In this document: positions 36,742 through 46,386 of the stretch, piece after piece
Layout: each line of letters opens with the position of its first letter
How positions within the stretch are numbered: position 1 is the first letter of the stretch
From: Chloroflexota bacterium
Lineage (GTDB): Bacteria; Chloroflexota; UBA5177; JAJPKF01
Direction: 5' to 3'
Assembly: GCA_035653255.1 (NCBI GenBank)
Contig: DASRCF010000089.1
Span: forward strand, 1,814 to 65,813
Length of the DNA: 64,000 nt
The notes under the pieces: generated by a model
Databases searched by the model: none
The model's input: the letters and a program-made list of their open reading frames with translations, nothing else
Told to the model about the DNA's origin: nothing
Translations under genes and position numbers: made by a program

Positions 36742-37662
36742 ATGGACGAAGCTTTAGATCGTTGGCCGGAGTTGCCGTTCGCCCGCTGGGAGGATACACA
36801 GGCCACGCTCCACATGTGGTGCCAGGTCGTCGGCAAGGTCAAGCTGAAGCTGACGCCGTTCCTGAACGAGTGGTGGAACGTCGCCTTCTTTGTGACCGCG
36901 CGGGGAATGACGACGGGGCTCATTCCCTACGGGCGGGGAGCCTTCCAGGTCGACTTCGACTTCATGAACCACTCGCTCGCGATACTGACGGATGCCGGAG
37001 TGAGCGAGGTCACGGCGCTGGGCCCACGCAGCGTAGCCGAGTTTTACCGCGACTTCATGGCGCGCTTGAAAGCCGCCGGGATCGATGTGGCCATTGATCC
37101 GGTACCGACGGAGGTACCGGCCCCGGTTCCATTTGACGTCGACCACACCCATGCTTCATATGACGCCGATTCCGTGAATCGCTTCTGGCGCATCCTCCTG
37201 CAGACGGACCTGGCCCTCCAGCGCTTCCGCTCCTCGTTCGTGGGCAAGAGCAGCCCCATCCACTTCTTCTGGGGCTCGTTTGACCTCGCCTACACGAGAT
37301 TCTCTGGACGTCCGGCACCGAAGCCCGAAGGCGCGCCGCACTTCTTCCAGCTGGCCGAGGACCAGGAGAACATCGCCTTCGGGTTCTGGCCAGGGAACGC
37401 AAACATGGCCGGGACACGGCTGGGAGAGCCGGCGTTCTACTCTTACATCTATCCGGCTCCGGGCGGGTATTCCAGAGCCACGGTCCACCCCGCAGGCGCC
37501 CATTTCAACGCCGCGCTGGGTGAGTTCATCCTGCCCTACGGCGACGTGAGGCAGGCTGCCTCTCCGAACGACCACCTGCTCACCTTCTTCCAGAGCGCCT
37601 ACCAAGTGGCCGCGGACCTCGCCGGCTGGGACCGACCGGCTCTCGAGCGTCAAGCCGGCTGA
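36742..37662 (+). CDS. conserved hypothetical protein (possibly DUF5996-like)
   Basis: It is a 306-aa soluble protein with no recognisable catalytic motif. The family assignment is tentative. Confidence 0.6.
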   Translation: MDEALDRWPELPFARWEDTQATLHMWCQVVGKVKLKLTPFLNEWWNVAFFVTARGMTTGLIPYGRGAFQVDFDFMNHSLAILTDAGVSEVTALGPRSVAEFYRDFMARLKAAGIDVAIDPVPTEVPAPVPFDVDHTHASYDADSVNRFWRILLQTDLALQRFRSSFVGKSSPIHFFWGSFDLAYTRFSGRPAPKPEGAPHFFQLAEDQENIAFGFWPGNANMAGTRLGEPAFYSYIYPAPGGYSRATVHPAGAHFNAALGEFILPYGDVRQAASPNDHLLTFFQSAYQVAADLAGWDRPALERQAG

Positions 37663-37677
37663 GCGACCCACTGGAGG

Positions 37678-38331
37678 TCAGCCAGGTGGGATCCCGCCGC
37701 TAGGATGAGCTTCGGAGGCCGTTGTCGATTCGGAGGTCAGCCGCGACTCAATCCTCCGATCGGGAATGAGCCAGAGAAGCGCCACGCCGACGTAGATGAC
37801 AACCGATCCCCAGGACGCGACGAATGCCAGCGGAGCGGCGACCAGATACGCAAGTGCCGATAACTTCCCCTTGAAGTCGCGACCCACCGCTCTGGCCAGA
37901 TCCGAGTCCGGTTGCTGTTGCCGAAGGATGACCCGCAGCAGGATGAAGTAGGCGATTGCCGCCATGAGCCCGACGAAACCGTACGCCGCCGTAGGAAGCG
38001 CCTCGAGGCCTTGCTCACCCAGCCATCGGGTCGCGAACGGAATGAGCGAGAGCCAGAACAGGAGATGGAGATTCGCCCACAGCACTCCTCCACTGATGCG
38101 TTCGACCATCGTGAACAGGTGATGGTGGTTGCTCCAGTAAATCCCCAGGAACACAAAGCTCAATAGATAGATCAGGACCAGTGGAAGCTCCCCACGGAGC
38201 GCCGTCCAACCCGCTCCTTTCGGAGTGGCCAGGGATAGCACCATGATGGTGATCAGAATGGCGATGACGCCGTCGCTGAATGTCTCCAGCCTGGCTGAGC
38301 TCAACTCACGATTCCCCGGCGAAGTTTCCAC
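37678..38331 (-). CDS. TMEM175/DUF1211-family membrane protein (putative K+ channel)
   Basis: TM1 carries the signature 'RLETFSDGVIAILITIMVL'. There are six predicted helices. Confidence 0.75.
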   Translation of the reverse strand: METSPGNRELSSARLETFSDGVIAILITIMVLSLATPKGAGWTALRGELPLVLIYLLSFVFLGIYWSNHHHLFTMVERISGGVLWANLHLLFWLSLIPFATRWLGEQGLEALPTAAYGFVGLMAAIAYFILLRVILRQQQPDSDLARAVGRDFKGKLSALAYLVAAPLAFVASWGSVVIYVGVALLWLIPDRRIESRLTSESTTASEAHPSGGIPPG

Positions 38332-38363
38332 TCAAGGCGGGGTTCTGTAGAAGCACCATCTAC

Positions 38364-39023
38364 TCAGACCGACGGCTGGGGGTCGAAGATTTGCTGTTCG
38401 GCCATGGCCTCCCAGGTCCGGCTGCAAAGCTCGATGGAGTCCGGGGTAGGAGCATCTGTTCGGCCCCGCAACAAGGAGTCAACAACACAGACGGGGAAGC
38501 CGACCACGTTGAGGTGGCAGCCCTCGACCGCCTTCACAAAGCTGCCGGCCAAACCCTGGATCGCATAGCCTCCGGCCTTGTCTAGGGGCTCGCCCGTGGC
38601 CACGTAGGCCATCAGCTCATCTTCGCGAATCGGCCGCATTGTGACCTCCGTCGTCATCGAAACTGCGACCGTCCGGCCATCCCGATGGACGGCCACGCCG
38701 GTGATGACTCGATGCGTACGCTCCGACAGCCGTCGCAACATCCGTGCGGCCCCTTCATCGTTGAGCGGCTTGCCCAGAGACTCCCCGTCCAGCTCGACCA
38801 CCGTATCGGCGGCGATGACGACGGAGTCCGGCCGCAAAGCCGCGACGGTCTCAGCCTTCGTTCTTGCCAGGGTCAAGGCCTGATCGACGGGCTCCAAGTG
38901 ATCGAAGCGTGATTCGTCGACATCACTTGCTACAGCCACAAAGGCTAGGCCTAACCAGGACATGATCGTTTGACGACGAGGTGACGTCGAGGCCAGGATA
39001 AGACTCCCGTGGTCACGCTTCAC
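38364..39023 (-). CDS. maf: Maf-like nucleoside triphosphate pyrophosphatase
   Basis: The Maf N-terminus 'LILASTSPRRQ' and 'KAGGYAIQG' are present. The start is set at GTG 39023 because the further N-terminal extension in the track (up to 39317) is Arg/Pro-rich non-coding-like sequence. Confidence 0.7.
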   Translation of the reverse strand: MKRDHGSLILASTSPRRQTIMSWLGLAFVAVASDVDESRFDHLEPVDQALTLARTKAETVAALRPDSVVIAADTVVELDGESLGKPLNDEGAARMLRRLSERTHRVITGVAVHRDGRTVAVSMTTEVTMRPIREDELMAYVATGEPLDKAGGYAIQGLAGSFVKAVEGCHLNVVGFPVCVVDSLLRGRTDAPTPDSIELCSRTWEAMAEQQIFDPQPSV

Positions 39024-39091
39024 CGTGCATCCTACCCCAAGCGACGGCGGCGGTCCATCCGATCGTCGGGGGCGGCAATCATAATCGATGT

Positions 39092-40426
39092 ATGGGTCTT
39101 CCGGTAACCTCTGTGCCGTCGCGGACGCAGCGACGGCAGCCCCGGCCGGCATCGCTCGAGGTGGGGGAGTTCGACGACCACGGCACGGCACGCGCGCAGC
39201 TCGAACATCGATCGGTCGAGGTCGAGCATGGTATCCCCGGCGAGACCGTGGCAGCGATGGTCTACGGGCGAAGACGGCAATGGGCGAAGATCCTGGAGAT
39301 CGAGGAGCGTTCCCCACATCGAGTCGAGGCTCCCTGCCCTCACTTTCATCAAGGTTGCGGAGGCTGCCAGTGGCAAATGCTCGACTATCGAAACCAGCTC
39401 GAACGCAAACTGCAGAGATCCAACGCGGAGCTGAGGCGTGCAGGCATTGGCCTTGACATCACCCGGCTGCACCCCATGGACCATCCGTGGCGATACCGTG
39501 TGACGGCCGGCATCTCACTCGGCCACGCTGCCGGCTTCCGGCGGCACGGCAGCCAGAGCATTGTGGGGCTGACCGACTGCCCCATCGCGCACCCACTCAT
39601 CGGCGACGTGGCGGCCCATATCAACCGTCAGCTCGAAGCCGGTGCCCTTCCCAACTTTCGAGGCGACATGGTGGTCGAGGTGCGTGTGCTCGAAGCCGGC
39701 TCGGCTGACAGTTTGCACCTGGCCATCGTTCCCAGCCCCGGATCCCAACATGCCTCCATCGACCAGGTTCTGCCACTGGCCAAATCCCTCGCGCGTCTTC
39801 CGGCTGTCGCGGGCATCGTGTACCGTCACCGTCAGGAGCTGCCGCAGCTCATCTTCGGTGAGCCGTATGGGACAACCGTTATCGAAGGCCGTCGATTCGC
39901 CGTCAGCGCCGCCACCTTCCTACAAACCAACACACGGATGCTGCCCGCCCTGCTCCGGTCAATGAGCGAGGCCCACCGATCGGTCTCCGGTGAGGTGGTC
40001 GTGGACGTCTACGGCGGCGTGGGGTTGTTCGGGCTGTTTCGGGCCCACGATGGGGCTAGGGTCATCGAGATCGAGCTCGACCCGGTCGGTATCGAGGCTG
40101 CCCAACTCTCGGCACAGTGGCAGAACCTCGACAGCGTCGAGTTCAGGGCGGGTACGGCGGAGACGGTGATGGGCCGGATTGAGCACGCGGACACGGTGAT
40201 CGTCGATCCTCCACGCTCGGGCTTGACGCCGAAGGTGGTGGATGCCATCGGCCGGCTTCGGCCTCACAGGATCCTGTACGTGTCATGCCTGGCCAGATCG
40301 CTGGCCCGAGATATCGTCGACCTGGCGCGCTTCGGCTACCGGCCCGGATGCGTCGAGGCCTTCGATTTCTACCCGCAGACCTACCATGTGGAGCTCTTTT
40401 CGCCGCTCGAGCTGGTTGATGGCTGA
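39092..40426 (+). CDS. rlmD: 23S rRNA (uracil-5-)-methyltransferase RlmD/RumA-like (TRAM + [4Fe-4S] + SAM-MTase)
   Basis: The Cys cluster 'CPHFHQGCGGCQWQ' and the MTase motif 'VDVYGGVGLFGL' are present. Confidence 0.8.
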   Translation: MGLPVTSVPSRTQRRQPRPASLEVGEFDDHGTARAQLEHRSVEVEHGIPGETVAAMVYGRRRQWAKILEIEERSPHRVEAPCPHFHQGCGGCQWQMLDYRNQLERKLQRSNAELRRAGIGLDITRLHPMDHPWRYRVTAGISLGHAAGFRRHGSQSIVGLTDCPIAHPLIGDVAAHINRQLEAGALPNFRGDMVVEVRVLEAGSADSLHLAIVPSPGSQHASIDQVLPLAKSLARLPAVAGIVYRHRQELPQLIFGEPYGTTVIEGRRFAVSAATFLQTNTRMLPALLRSMSEAHRSVSGEVVVDVYGGVGLFGLFRAHDGARVIEIELDPVGIEAAQLSAQWQNLDSVEFRAGTAETVMGRIEHADTVIVDPPRSGLTPKVVDAIGRLRPHRILYVSCLARSLARDIVDLARFGYRPGCVEAFDFYPQTYHVELFSPLELVDG

Positions 40427-41411
40427 GGCCTCGGAGCGGGCCGTGCCGGCGCCCAAGGCCACCCTCAGATCCAGCCTCCTGGCGCCACTCAAGAGTCCGG
40501 CCGTCCGCATCCTGCTCACGATTGCACTGGTCGCCGTCGTAATCTGGCGATCGGAGCCGCAGCGGCTTCTCGCTGACGCGCCAAGGTTCGGCATCGCAAC
40601 ATTGGCCGTGGGGCTATTGCTGACGGTGCCCTTCCTCTACCTCAAATCCTTGCGCTGGATGTACATGCTCCGCTACGCCGGTATTGAGGTCGGCTTTCGG
40701 GAAGCCAGCCTATCTCTGCTTGGCGGAATGGGACTGGCGCTGCTCACGCCGGCAAGGCTGGGTGAGGTCGCTCGGGTGGTCTACCTGCGCGACCCTCGGA
40801 AGCTGCGCCTGTCGGCGCTGGTGATGCTGGACAAGCTCTTCGACGTCCTGGTCCTGGTATTGCTCTCAATTGCCGGCGCCTGGCGAATCATAGGCTGGCC
40901 CGTGGGCGCGGTGTTTGCGCTGATAGGACTGACCGGGCTTGTCGCCGTGCTGTTTCCACGGACCCTCCACCGCCTGTTCGTCCCTGTCGAGGGGCGGTTC
41001 CCCTGGAATGGCCGCACGCGAGAGATCGTCGCCTCGCTCGAGAGCCTCTCCTTCGCGGCCTCGCTGCTCTACCTCTCACTCACCGTCGTCGCCTTCGCGG
41101 TCGTAATGCTGCAGTTCGGGATCATCATCCACGGCAGCGCGCACGTGAATCCGGGAGTCGGGCTGCTCACCTTTCCGCTGGTGATCCTCACCAACGTCAT
41201 TCCGCTGACCATCGCCGGCGTCGGCATTCGAGAGGGCGCCGCGGTCCTGCTTCTGGGTCAGTTCCACGTTGCCGCCGCCATCGCTGCCATCTCGGCATTT
41301 GCGATGTTCTTCCTGAACACGGCACTGCCGGGAATCGTCGGCGCGCTGCTGGCGCCCATCATGCTGCGCCGTCGCGTCGACCCGCTCCCGGATACGGCTC
41401 TGCCTCGATGA
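40419..41411 (+). CDS. UPF0104/lysylphosphatidylglycerol-synthase-TM-like (flippase-like) membrane protein
   Basis: ATG 40419 overlaps the rlmD stop. The polytopic protein has the family-typical 'LRWMYMLRYAGIEV...GEVARVVYL'. Confidence 0.65.
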   Translation: MAEASERAVPAPKATLRSSLLAPLKSPAVRILLTIALVAVVIWRSEPQRLLADAPRFGIATLAVGLLLTVPFLYLKSLRWMYMLRYAGIEVGFREASLSLLGGMGLALLTPARLGEVARVVYLRDPRKLRLSALVMLDKLFDVLVLVLLSIAGAWRIIGWPVGAVFALIGLTGLVAVLFPRTLHRLFVPVEGRFPWNGRTREIVASLESLSFAASLLYLSLTVVAFAVVMLQFGIIIHGSAHVNPGVGLLTFPLVILTNVIPLTIAGVGIREGAAVLLLGQFHVAAAIAAISAFAMFFLNTALPGIVGALLAPIMLRRRVDPLPDTALPR

Positions 41412-42205
41412 GGGTCACGCACGCGGCGATGACGTTCAACAGCGTCTGGCACAACCTGACTCAGGAGCCTGGCCTCTACGTCTGGAGAGTCGCCGGCTCT
41501 CTCATCATCGTGGCACTGAGCCTCTTTCTGGGCAGGATTGCCGAGGGTCGGGTGCGCCGGAGCAGCCATCTCACCACTCTCGGTCCGAATCCATCCGTCC
41601 TGCTGGCGCGCATGGTCCGGTTCACCATATGGCTCCTCGGGCTGCTCTGGATTCTAGCGATCTTCAGTGTTCCATTCACCGCCCTCGCCGCGGTGGTCGG
41701 CGTAGCAGCCCTGGCCCTTAGCCTTTCCCTGCAAGACCTGCTGAAGAACCTCATCGCGGGCATCTACATGCTGGCCGAGCGGCCGTTCCACATTGGCGAC
41801 GTCATCAGCGTTCAGGGCGTCACGGGGCTCATCGAAGACATCCAGATGCGGGTGACCTATCTCCGGACCGACCAGGGAGAACGCGTCGTCATCCCCAACC
41901 AGGTGGTGTTCACCCAGGTGGTCGTCAATACTACTCAGATGGGCAGTCAGGCCGCCTGCGTACAGGTGGAGGCGCCTCGGTCACTCAACGCTGATGATGT
42001 GAGCCGCCGCGTGCTCCAGGCGGTAGCCGGCGCTCCAGACGTGGTCAACGATCCCTCACCACGCCTCGAAACCACGTCCATAACGCCGGAAGCCGTGACG
42101 TGGGCCCTGCATGTCTGGCTCAAGCCGACCGGCAATGTTTCCGGTGTCGTCCTGGCGCTTGGACAGGCCATTCCCGAGGCCACGATCGGTCCTCCACCTG
42201 CGTGA
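41408..42205 (+). CDS. small-conductance mechanosensitive channel (MscS family)
   Basis: Its start overlaps the upstream stop. It carries the MscS core '...LQDLLKNLIAGIYMLAERPFHIGDVISV...'. Confidence 0.8.
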   Translation: MRVTHAAMTFNSVWHNLTQEPGLYVWRVAGSLIIVALSLFLGRIAEGRVRRSSHLTTLGPNPSVLLARMVRFTIWLLGLLWILAIFSVPFTALAAVVGVAALALSLSLQDLLKNLIAGIYMLAERPFHIGDVISVQGVTGLIEDIQMRVTYLRTDQGERVVIPNQVVFTQVVVNTTQMGSQAACVQVEAPRSLNADDVSRRVLQAVAGAPDVVNDPSPRLETTSITPEAVTWALHVWLKPTGNVSGVVLALGQAIPEATIGPPPA

Positions 42206-42254
42206 GCCAGGCAGCAATGGCCCTCACTGGTCGACAACCACCGGAGCCTCAGGG

Positions 42255-42896
42255 GTGTTGACCTTCGAGGTTGTGCCCGGGCGGCGGCGAGTTGGGGTCT
42301 TGGGCGGCACCTTCGACCCCATCCACACGGGTCATCTGGCGGCGGCCAACGAGGTTCGCCATCAGCTCGGCCTGGAGATTGTGCTCTTCATCCCCAACCG
42401 CATTCCGCCGCACAAGCTCGATCGCCCCGTTACCAGGGAGGAGGACCGAACAGCCATGGTGCGGCTGGCGGTGGCCTCGAACCCCACCTTCGACCTGGAC
42501 ACCGCCGAGCTCGACCGGGCGGGCCCTTCTTACTCACTCGAAACGCTCAGGGGGTTACGGCGCCGGTATGGAGAGGACGTGGATCTCGTCTTCATGGTCG
42601 GTATCGATGCTCTGCGTGAACTTCACACGTGGCACGAGCCTGACGCCATTCTGGCGGAGTTCGGCCTGGTGGTGATGGACCGGGCGGATGAGGGCAGAGA
42701 TGGGCAGGTCGACGCGTTCAACGAGGTGGCCGCTCACTTCTCCAACATCCGCGAGCAGACCCGGATCGTGCACGTCCCTCAGCTGGCGATCTCATCGGCC
42801 GAGATCCGGCGGCGAGTACGAGAGGGAGCGCCAATTCGCTACCTGGTTCCCCTGGAGGTCGAGGACTACATCGGCGAGCGCGGCCTCTACCGGTAA
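42255..42896 (+). CDS. nadD: nicotinate-nucleotide adenylyltransferase
   Basis: The motif 'VGVLGGTFDPIHTGHL' is present. The start is uncertain (GTG 42255 or GTG 42273). The ORF track begins at 42111 inside mscS. Confidence 0.8.
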   Translation: MLTFEVVPGRRRVGVLGGTFDPIHTGHLAAANEVRHQLGLEIVLFIPNRIPPHKLDRPVTREEDRTAMVRLAVASNPTFDLDTAELDRAGPSYSLETLRGLRRRYGEDVDLVFMVGIDALRELHTWHEPDAILAEFGLVVMDRADEGRDGQVDAFNEVAAHFSNIREQTRIVHVPQLAISSAEIRRRVREGAPIRYLVPLEVEDYIGERGLYR

Positions 42897-42935
42897 AGCC
42901 AGATCGAGTTTGAACCGGTGACGAGGACGGCCGCT

Positions 42936-44447
42936 CTATTTCTGTCGTCGAATCGGTATCTCGTACAGCTTGATGAGTCCGATGGTTTGGAAACGATCGG
43001 CCCGTGCGACCACCTTCTGAGTGGCTTTCGGCCATTTCCGTCGCGGCCAGGAGCCCGGCTCGACGATGAGGAAGACCGTTCCCGCCTTCGAGACCGGCGG
43101 ATGACCGAGCCGGCTCAGGACGTAGTGGTAGCCCGCCGGATAGTTGAGATATGACGCCATGCGCAGCTCGAAGGGGCGCCCCTTGGACCGGCTCACGATC
43201 TTCCGGTCGACTCGCAGCACGTGGCCGTAGGTATCGTCGGGCTGGAGATCGTTTCTGGTGATCGCGGCATCGGCCACGGTGGACTTGGGGGTGACGAAGC
43301 TGTAGGTCCAGGTCTGACGAGTGCCCACTACAACAAGGGCCGCCACAAGTATCACTCCAACCGCTTTGCCGGCACGGTACCGGCCGACCAGCCAGAGCAA
43401 CGCCCCCAAGAGCACAAACGGAATCACGAAAAGGCAGACCATGTACTGCTCGAACACCTGCTTGCGATAGATCTCAAAGCCCACGGCGGCGACGACCAGG
43501 AGCAGCATGGCCAGCCTCACTTCCCAGTTGGCCTCGCCGGACAACGACCGCAACCCACTGACGGCAAGCCCGGCAGCGCCAAGGCAGACCGTTAAGACCA
43601 CCGTCAAGGGTACATTCGGAACCGACAGCGCTCGGTAGAAGAGGTTGAAGAGCAGCTTGAGGCTGGAGGCGCCCCTGCTCGGCGCGTTGCTCTTTCCATG
43701 GATGAGCACCGCCAGCCAAGCCTTCAGATTCGCCAGGTTGTGGGTTCCGTCGTAGATGAGCAACGGCGAGGAGATCACGACGAAGATGATGACTGCACCA
43801 CAGAGAAGTGCGGCCGAGGGCCGTGGGGGTCGAGCCCAAAGAATGAAGACCAGAGCGACCGGAATCACGAAGAGGTTGACCGGCTGAAGCTGAACGAGAC
43901 AGGCGAGAGATGCGGCCACGACCAGAATCGATTCGGTTCGTCCTCGCTTCCACGAAACGAGCGCCCATAGGAGCGCCAGGGTGAAGAAGGGGGTGATGGT
44001 GGGGTTCCAGGGCCGTCTCGAATACTCGACCATGAGGAAGGAAGCCGCCATCACCAGGGCTGCTCCTCCGGCCGGCAGTGATCCCAGAGGTGCTTTCAGG
44101 TACAGAAAGAGCATGACCGTGGCGGCCACGCCGAAGATCCCCACCAAGATGGTTGGACCGACGGGCGAACCGTTCGACAGCCACATCGGTATCGCTTCCA
44201 GGTAGTAGAACAGCGGGCCTAGGTGCAGAGTATGGCCGATGGAAAGGCTGGGACCGAGCAGCGGCAGTTTCCCGTGGATGAGGCTCCATTCGGCGGCGCT
44301 CTCTCGCCCCTCATCGCCCATGAAGTGGAAGTCCGTGCCGATCATCCAGAACCGGAGGACCGAGCCGAGAGCCACCACCAGGACGAGGAGGGCATACCCG
44401 AGATCGAAGTTGCTTGCGGGTCGCCGGTCACTGAATCGGCGGATCAT
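42936..44447 (-). CDS. GT-C fold membrane glycosyltransferase (ArnT/PMT-like, GT39/GT83 family)
   Basis: There are 11-13 TM helices. The first periplasmic loop carries a 'DE' motif ('FHFMGDEGRE'). Confidence 0.7.
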   Translation of the reverse strand: MIRRFSDRRPASNFDLGYALLVLVVALGSVLRFWMIGTDFHFMGDEGRESAAEWSLIHGKLPLLGPSLSIGHTLHLGPLFYYLEAIPMWLSNGSPVGPTILVGIFGVAATVMLFLYLKAPLGSLPAGGAALVMAASFLMVEYSRRPWNPTITPFFTLALLWALVSWKRGRTESILVVAASLACLVQLQPVNLFVIPVALVFILWARPPRPSAALLCGAVIIFVVISSPLLIYDGTHNLANLKAWLAVLIHGKSNAPSRGASSLKLLFNLFYRALSVPNVPLTVVLTVCLGAAGLAVSGLRSLSGEANWEVRLAMLLLVVAAVGFEIYRKQVFEQYMVCLFVIPFVLLGALLWLVGRYRAGKAVGVILVAALVVVGTRQTWTYSFVTPKSTVADAAITRNDLQPDDTYGHVLRVDRKIVSRSKGRPFELRMASYLNYPAGYHYVLSRLGHPPVSKAGTVFLIVEPGSWPRRKWPKATQKVVARADRFQTIGLIKLYEIPIRRQK

Positions 44448-46291
44448 CGACGAATGTAGAGGGCGTCGCAGGATGCGACCTGACCGGGGGGACAGAAGTA
44501 GGCCTTGAGCAGCCGGTAGTGGGTGTGAACCCAGGTGGCGAATGGAGCCATCTCAACCGACCGGAACCGCGGCCACATGGCGACGACCGCCGGCCGGTAC
44601 CGGCGCACATCCGTGATTGCCTCGGTCGCGCTCAACTTACCAGTCGCCATCCGCACGTAGGAGGTGTCGACGAGGTCGGGAACGCAGAGTCGGTCTGCTT
44701 CGACGCAGATCAGAGGGTCGGCGGTTGCCACCATCTGGTCGGGCGCCGTTCGGCTTCGGATCACCGCCGCGGCCAGACTCCGGTCATCGATCCCCGGTTT
44801 CACCAGAAGGCCGCTGTAGGAGCTGACCAGCCGGGGTAGCAGCAGGAGGTAGACAACCGTCGCGCTCACCGCCAAGACCCGTAGGAGTCGGCCCGAGGCT
44901 AATGGAAGTGCCGGACGCCGTGATGCGTCCCCGGACGCCGGCTCGCCTTGAGGCGACTGAAAGGGCGAGACGGAGCGCCGATAGGCGTCCGGCGTGTGGA
45001 CGCTGCCCGTAGCCGGGTTGCCCAGCTGGCCAGGCAAGACGAACGCGACCGCGATGCCGGCGAGGACGGCCGCCGGGAGCAACACGATGGCCGGATGGTG
45101 GCCCATGAGCGGATGGTACGCCGCTAGGAGGATCAGCGTTCCCAGGGCCCACGTGTCGAGGATGAGTCCCATCCGCCAGTCCCACACCAGCAGCAGCAGT
45201 CCACCGGCCAGCGCGAGCACCACCAAACCGATATCGGGCGACAGGAAGCTGAGCACCATGTGCACGTTCGACGCCGACTGAAGCCCGGCCGACTGACTGC
45301 TGGCATGGAGGCGATCGGACACCATCTGGGACCACTCCTGGGGTCCGAACCATAGCAGCGATGCCACAAATGGAGCGGCCGCGACAATCACAAAGGCCAA
45401 CGCCGACGACAGCACGGGCATGACCGTATCACGCCGGTCCCGCGCATCCCACAGCACTATCAGGAGCGTCACGCCGAGCGGGGCCAGGAGCGCGAAGGCA
45501 AAGAACTTGGTGAGCACCGCGAGAGCGAAGAAGAGCCCGGATGCGGCTGACCAGCCCAGCTTGCGCTGCCTCAGCCAGAGCAGCAGGAAGGCCATGCTGA
45601 GGCCCGAGAGTGCCATCATCGGCACCTCCTCCTCGACGGCATGGCTATACACCAGAAACTCCGGCGAGACCGCCAGGACGAGGGCGGCCCCGCCGGCCGC
45701 GACCGTGCCTCTCGCGAGTCCTGCTATCCCGAACGCTCCCAGGAGCGCCAGCACCGCGAAGATCAGCACCGCCAGTCGCGCCTGCCAGATTCCCTCACCA
45801 AGGAGGCGGTAGGCTGCCAAGATAGCGGCGACGAAGAGCGGAGGCTGCGCATTGTAGATCTGGGTGTACAACCGGTACCCATGGGCCATGAGCGCTGCGG
45901 TGGCCATGTAGACGCCCTCGTCATAGTCGTTGACGGCGGCACTGCCGAACGTGAAGCCCGTCAGGTGAAGGCTCTCGTAGGCGACGACGATAGCGACGCC
46001 GGCCAGCAGCATCAGCAGCGGGAGCCAGATGAGGACCGGCCGCGCGAAGGACGGGAAGGCTTTGGCGGCGCGTTCAGACGGTGCCAGGATCACGCTTCTC
46101 GGCCATCCCTCCATCGAGGCGCCGAGACACCGCCGCCGCACCCCCTCCTGTGGCTCGCGCCGCGTCATTATAGGAACCCGAAGACACCTGGGAGGTTCCG
46201 AGCTCTCAAGAGTCTCAGCGACCGGTCGACGCACGAGTTCGGGACCGGAGATGCGTCGTCGTAGGGGAGGACGAACCGTAGCGGAAGGCAA
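44444..46291 (-). CDS. GT-C fold membrane glycosyltransferase (ArnT/PMT-like), second paralog
   Basis: Loop 1 carries 'NDYDEGVYMATA' (DE motif). It overlaps the downstream GT by 4 nt. The start is uncertain (possibly ATG 46114). Confidence 0.7.
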   Translation of the reverse strand: MPSATVRPPLRRRISGPELVRRPVAETLESSEPPRCLRVPIMTRREPQEGVRRRCLGASMEGWPRSVILAPSERAAKAFPSFARPVLIWLPLLMLLAGVAIVVAYESLHLTGFTFGSAAVNDYDEGVYMATAALMAHGYRLYTQIYNAQPPLFVAAILAAYRLLGEGIWQARLAVLIFAVLALLGAFGIAGLARGTVAAGGAALVLAVSPEFLVYSHAVEEEVPMMALSGLSMAFLLLWLRQRKLGWSAASGLFFALAVLTKFFAFALLAPLGVTLLIVLWDARDRRDTVMPVLSSALAFVIVAAAPFVASLLWFGPQEWSQMVSDRLHASSQSAGLQSASNVHMVLSFLSPDIGLVVLALAGGLLLLVWDWRMGLILDTWALGTLILLAAYHPLMGHHPAIVLLPAAVLAGIAVAFVLPGQLGNPATGSVHTPDAYRRSVSPFQSPQGEPASGDASRRPALPLASGRLLRVLAVSATVVYLLLLPRLVSSYSGLLVKPGIDDRSLAAAVIRSRTAPDQMVATADPLICVEADRLCVPDLVDTSYVRMATGKLSATEAITDVRRYRPAVVAMWPRFRSVEMAPFATWVHTHYRLLKAYFCPPGQVASCDALYIRR

Positions 46292-46386
46292 GCAGTGGCA
46301 GCCGGCTTGGGTATAAGTGGGGCAATGCTAACGAATGTGACGGCAGGCGGACCACCACCGACGTTCACGCATCCCCGAGGTGCCCT

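Noticed and set aside
39024-39317. N-terminal extensions suggested by the ORF track, which apply to several genes: maf (to 39317), nusA (61422), nadD (42111, overlapping mscS), pstA (20391, overlapping pstC), UPF0104 (40242, overlapping rlmD) and pepF (10934)
   Set aside because: The extensions lack the conserved family N-termini, overlap upstream genes, or are Arg/Pro-rich. Internal starts with SD sequences or stop-start overlaps fit better.
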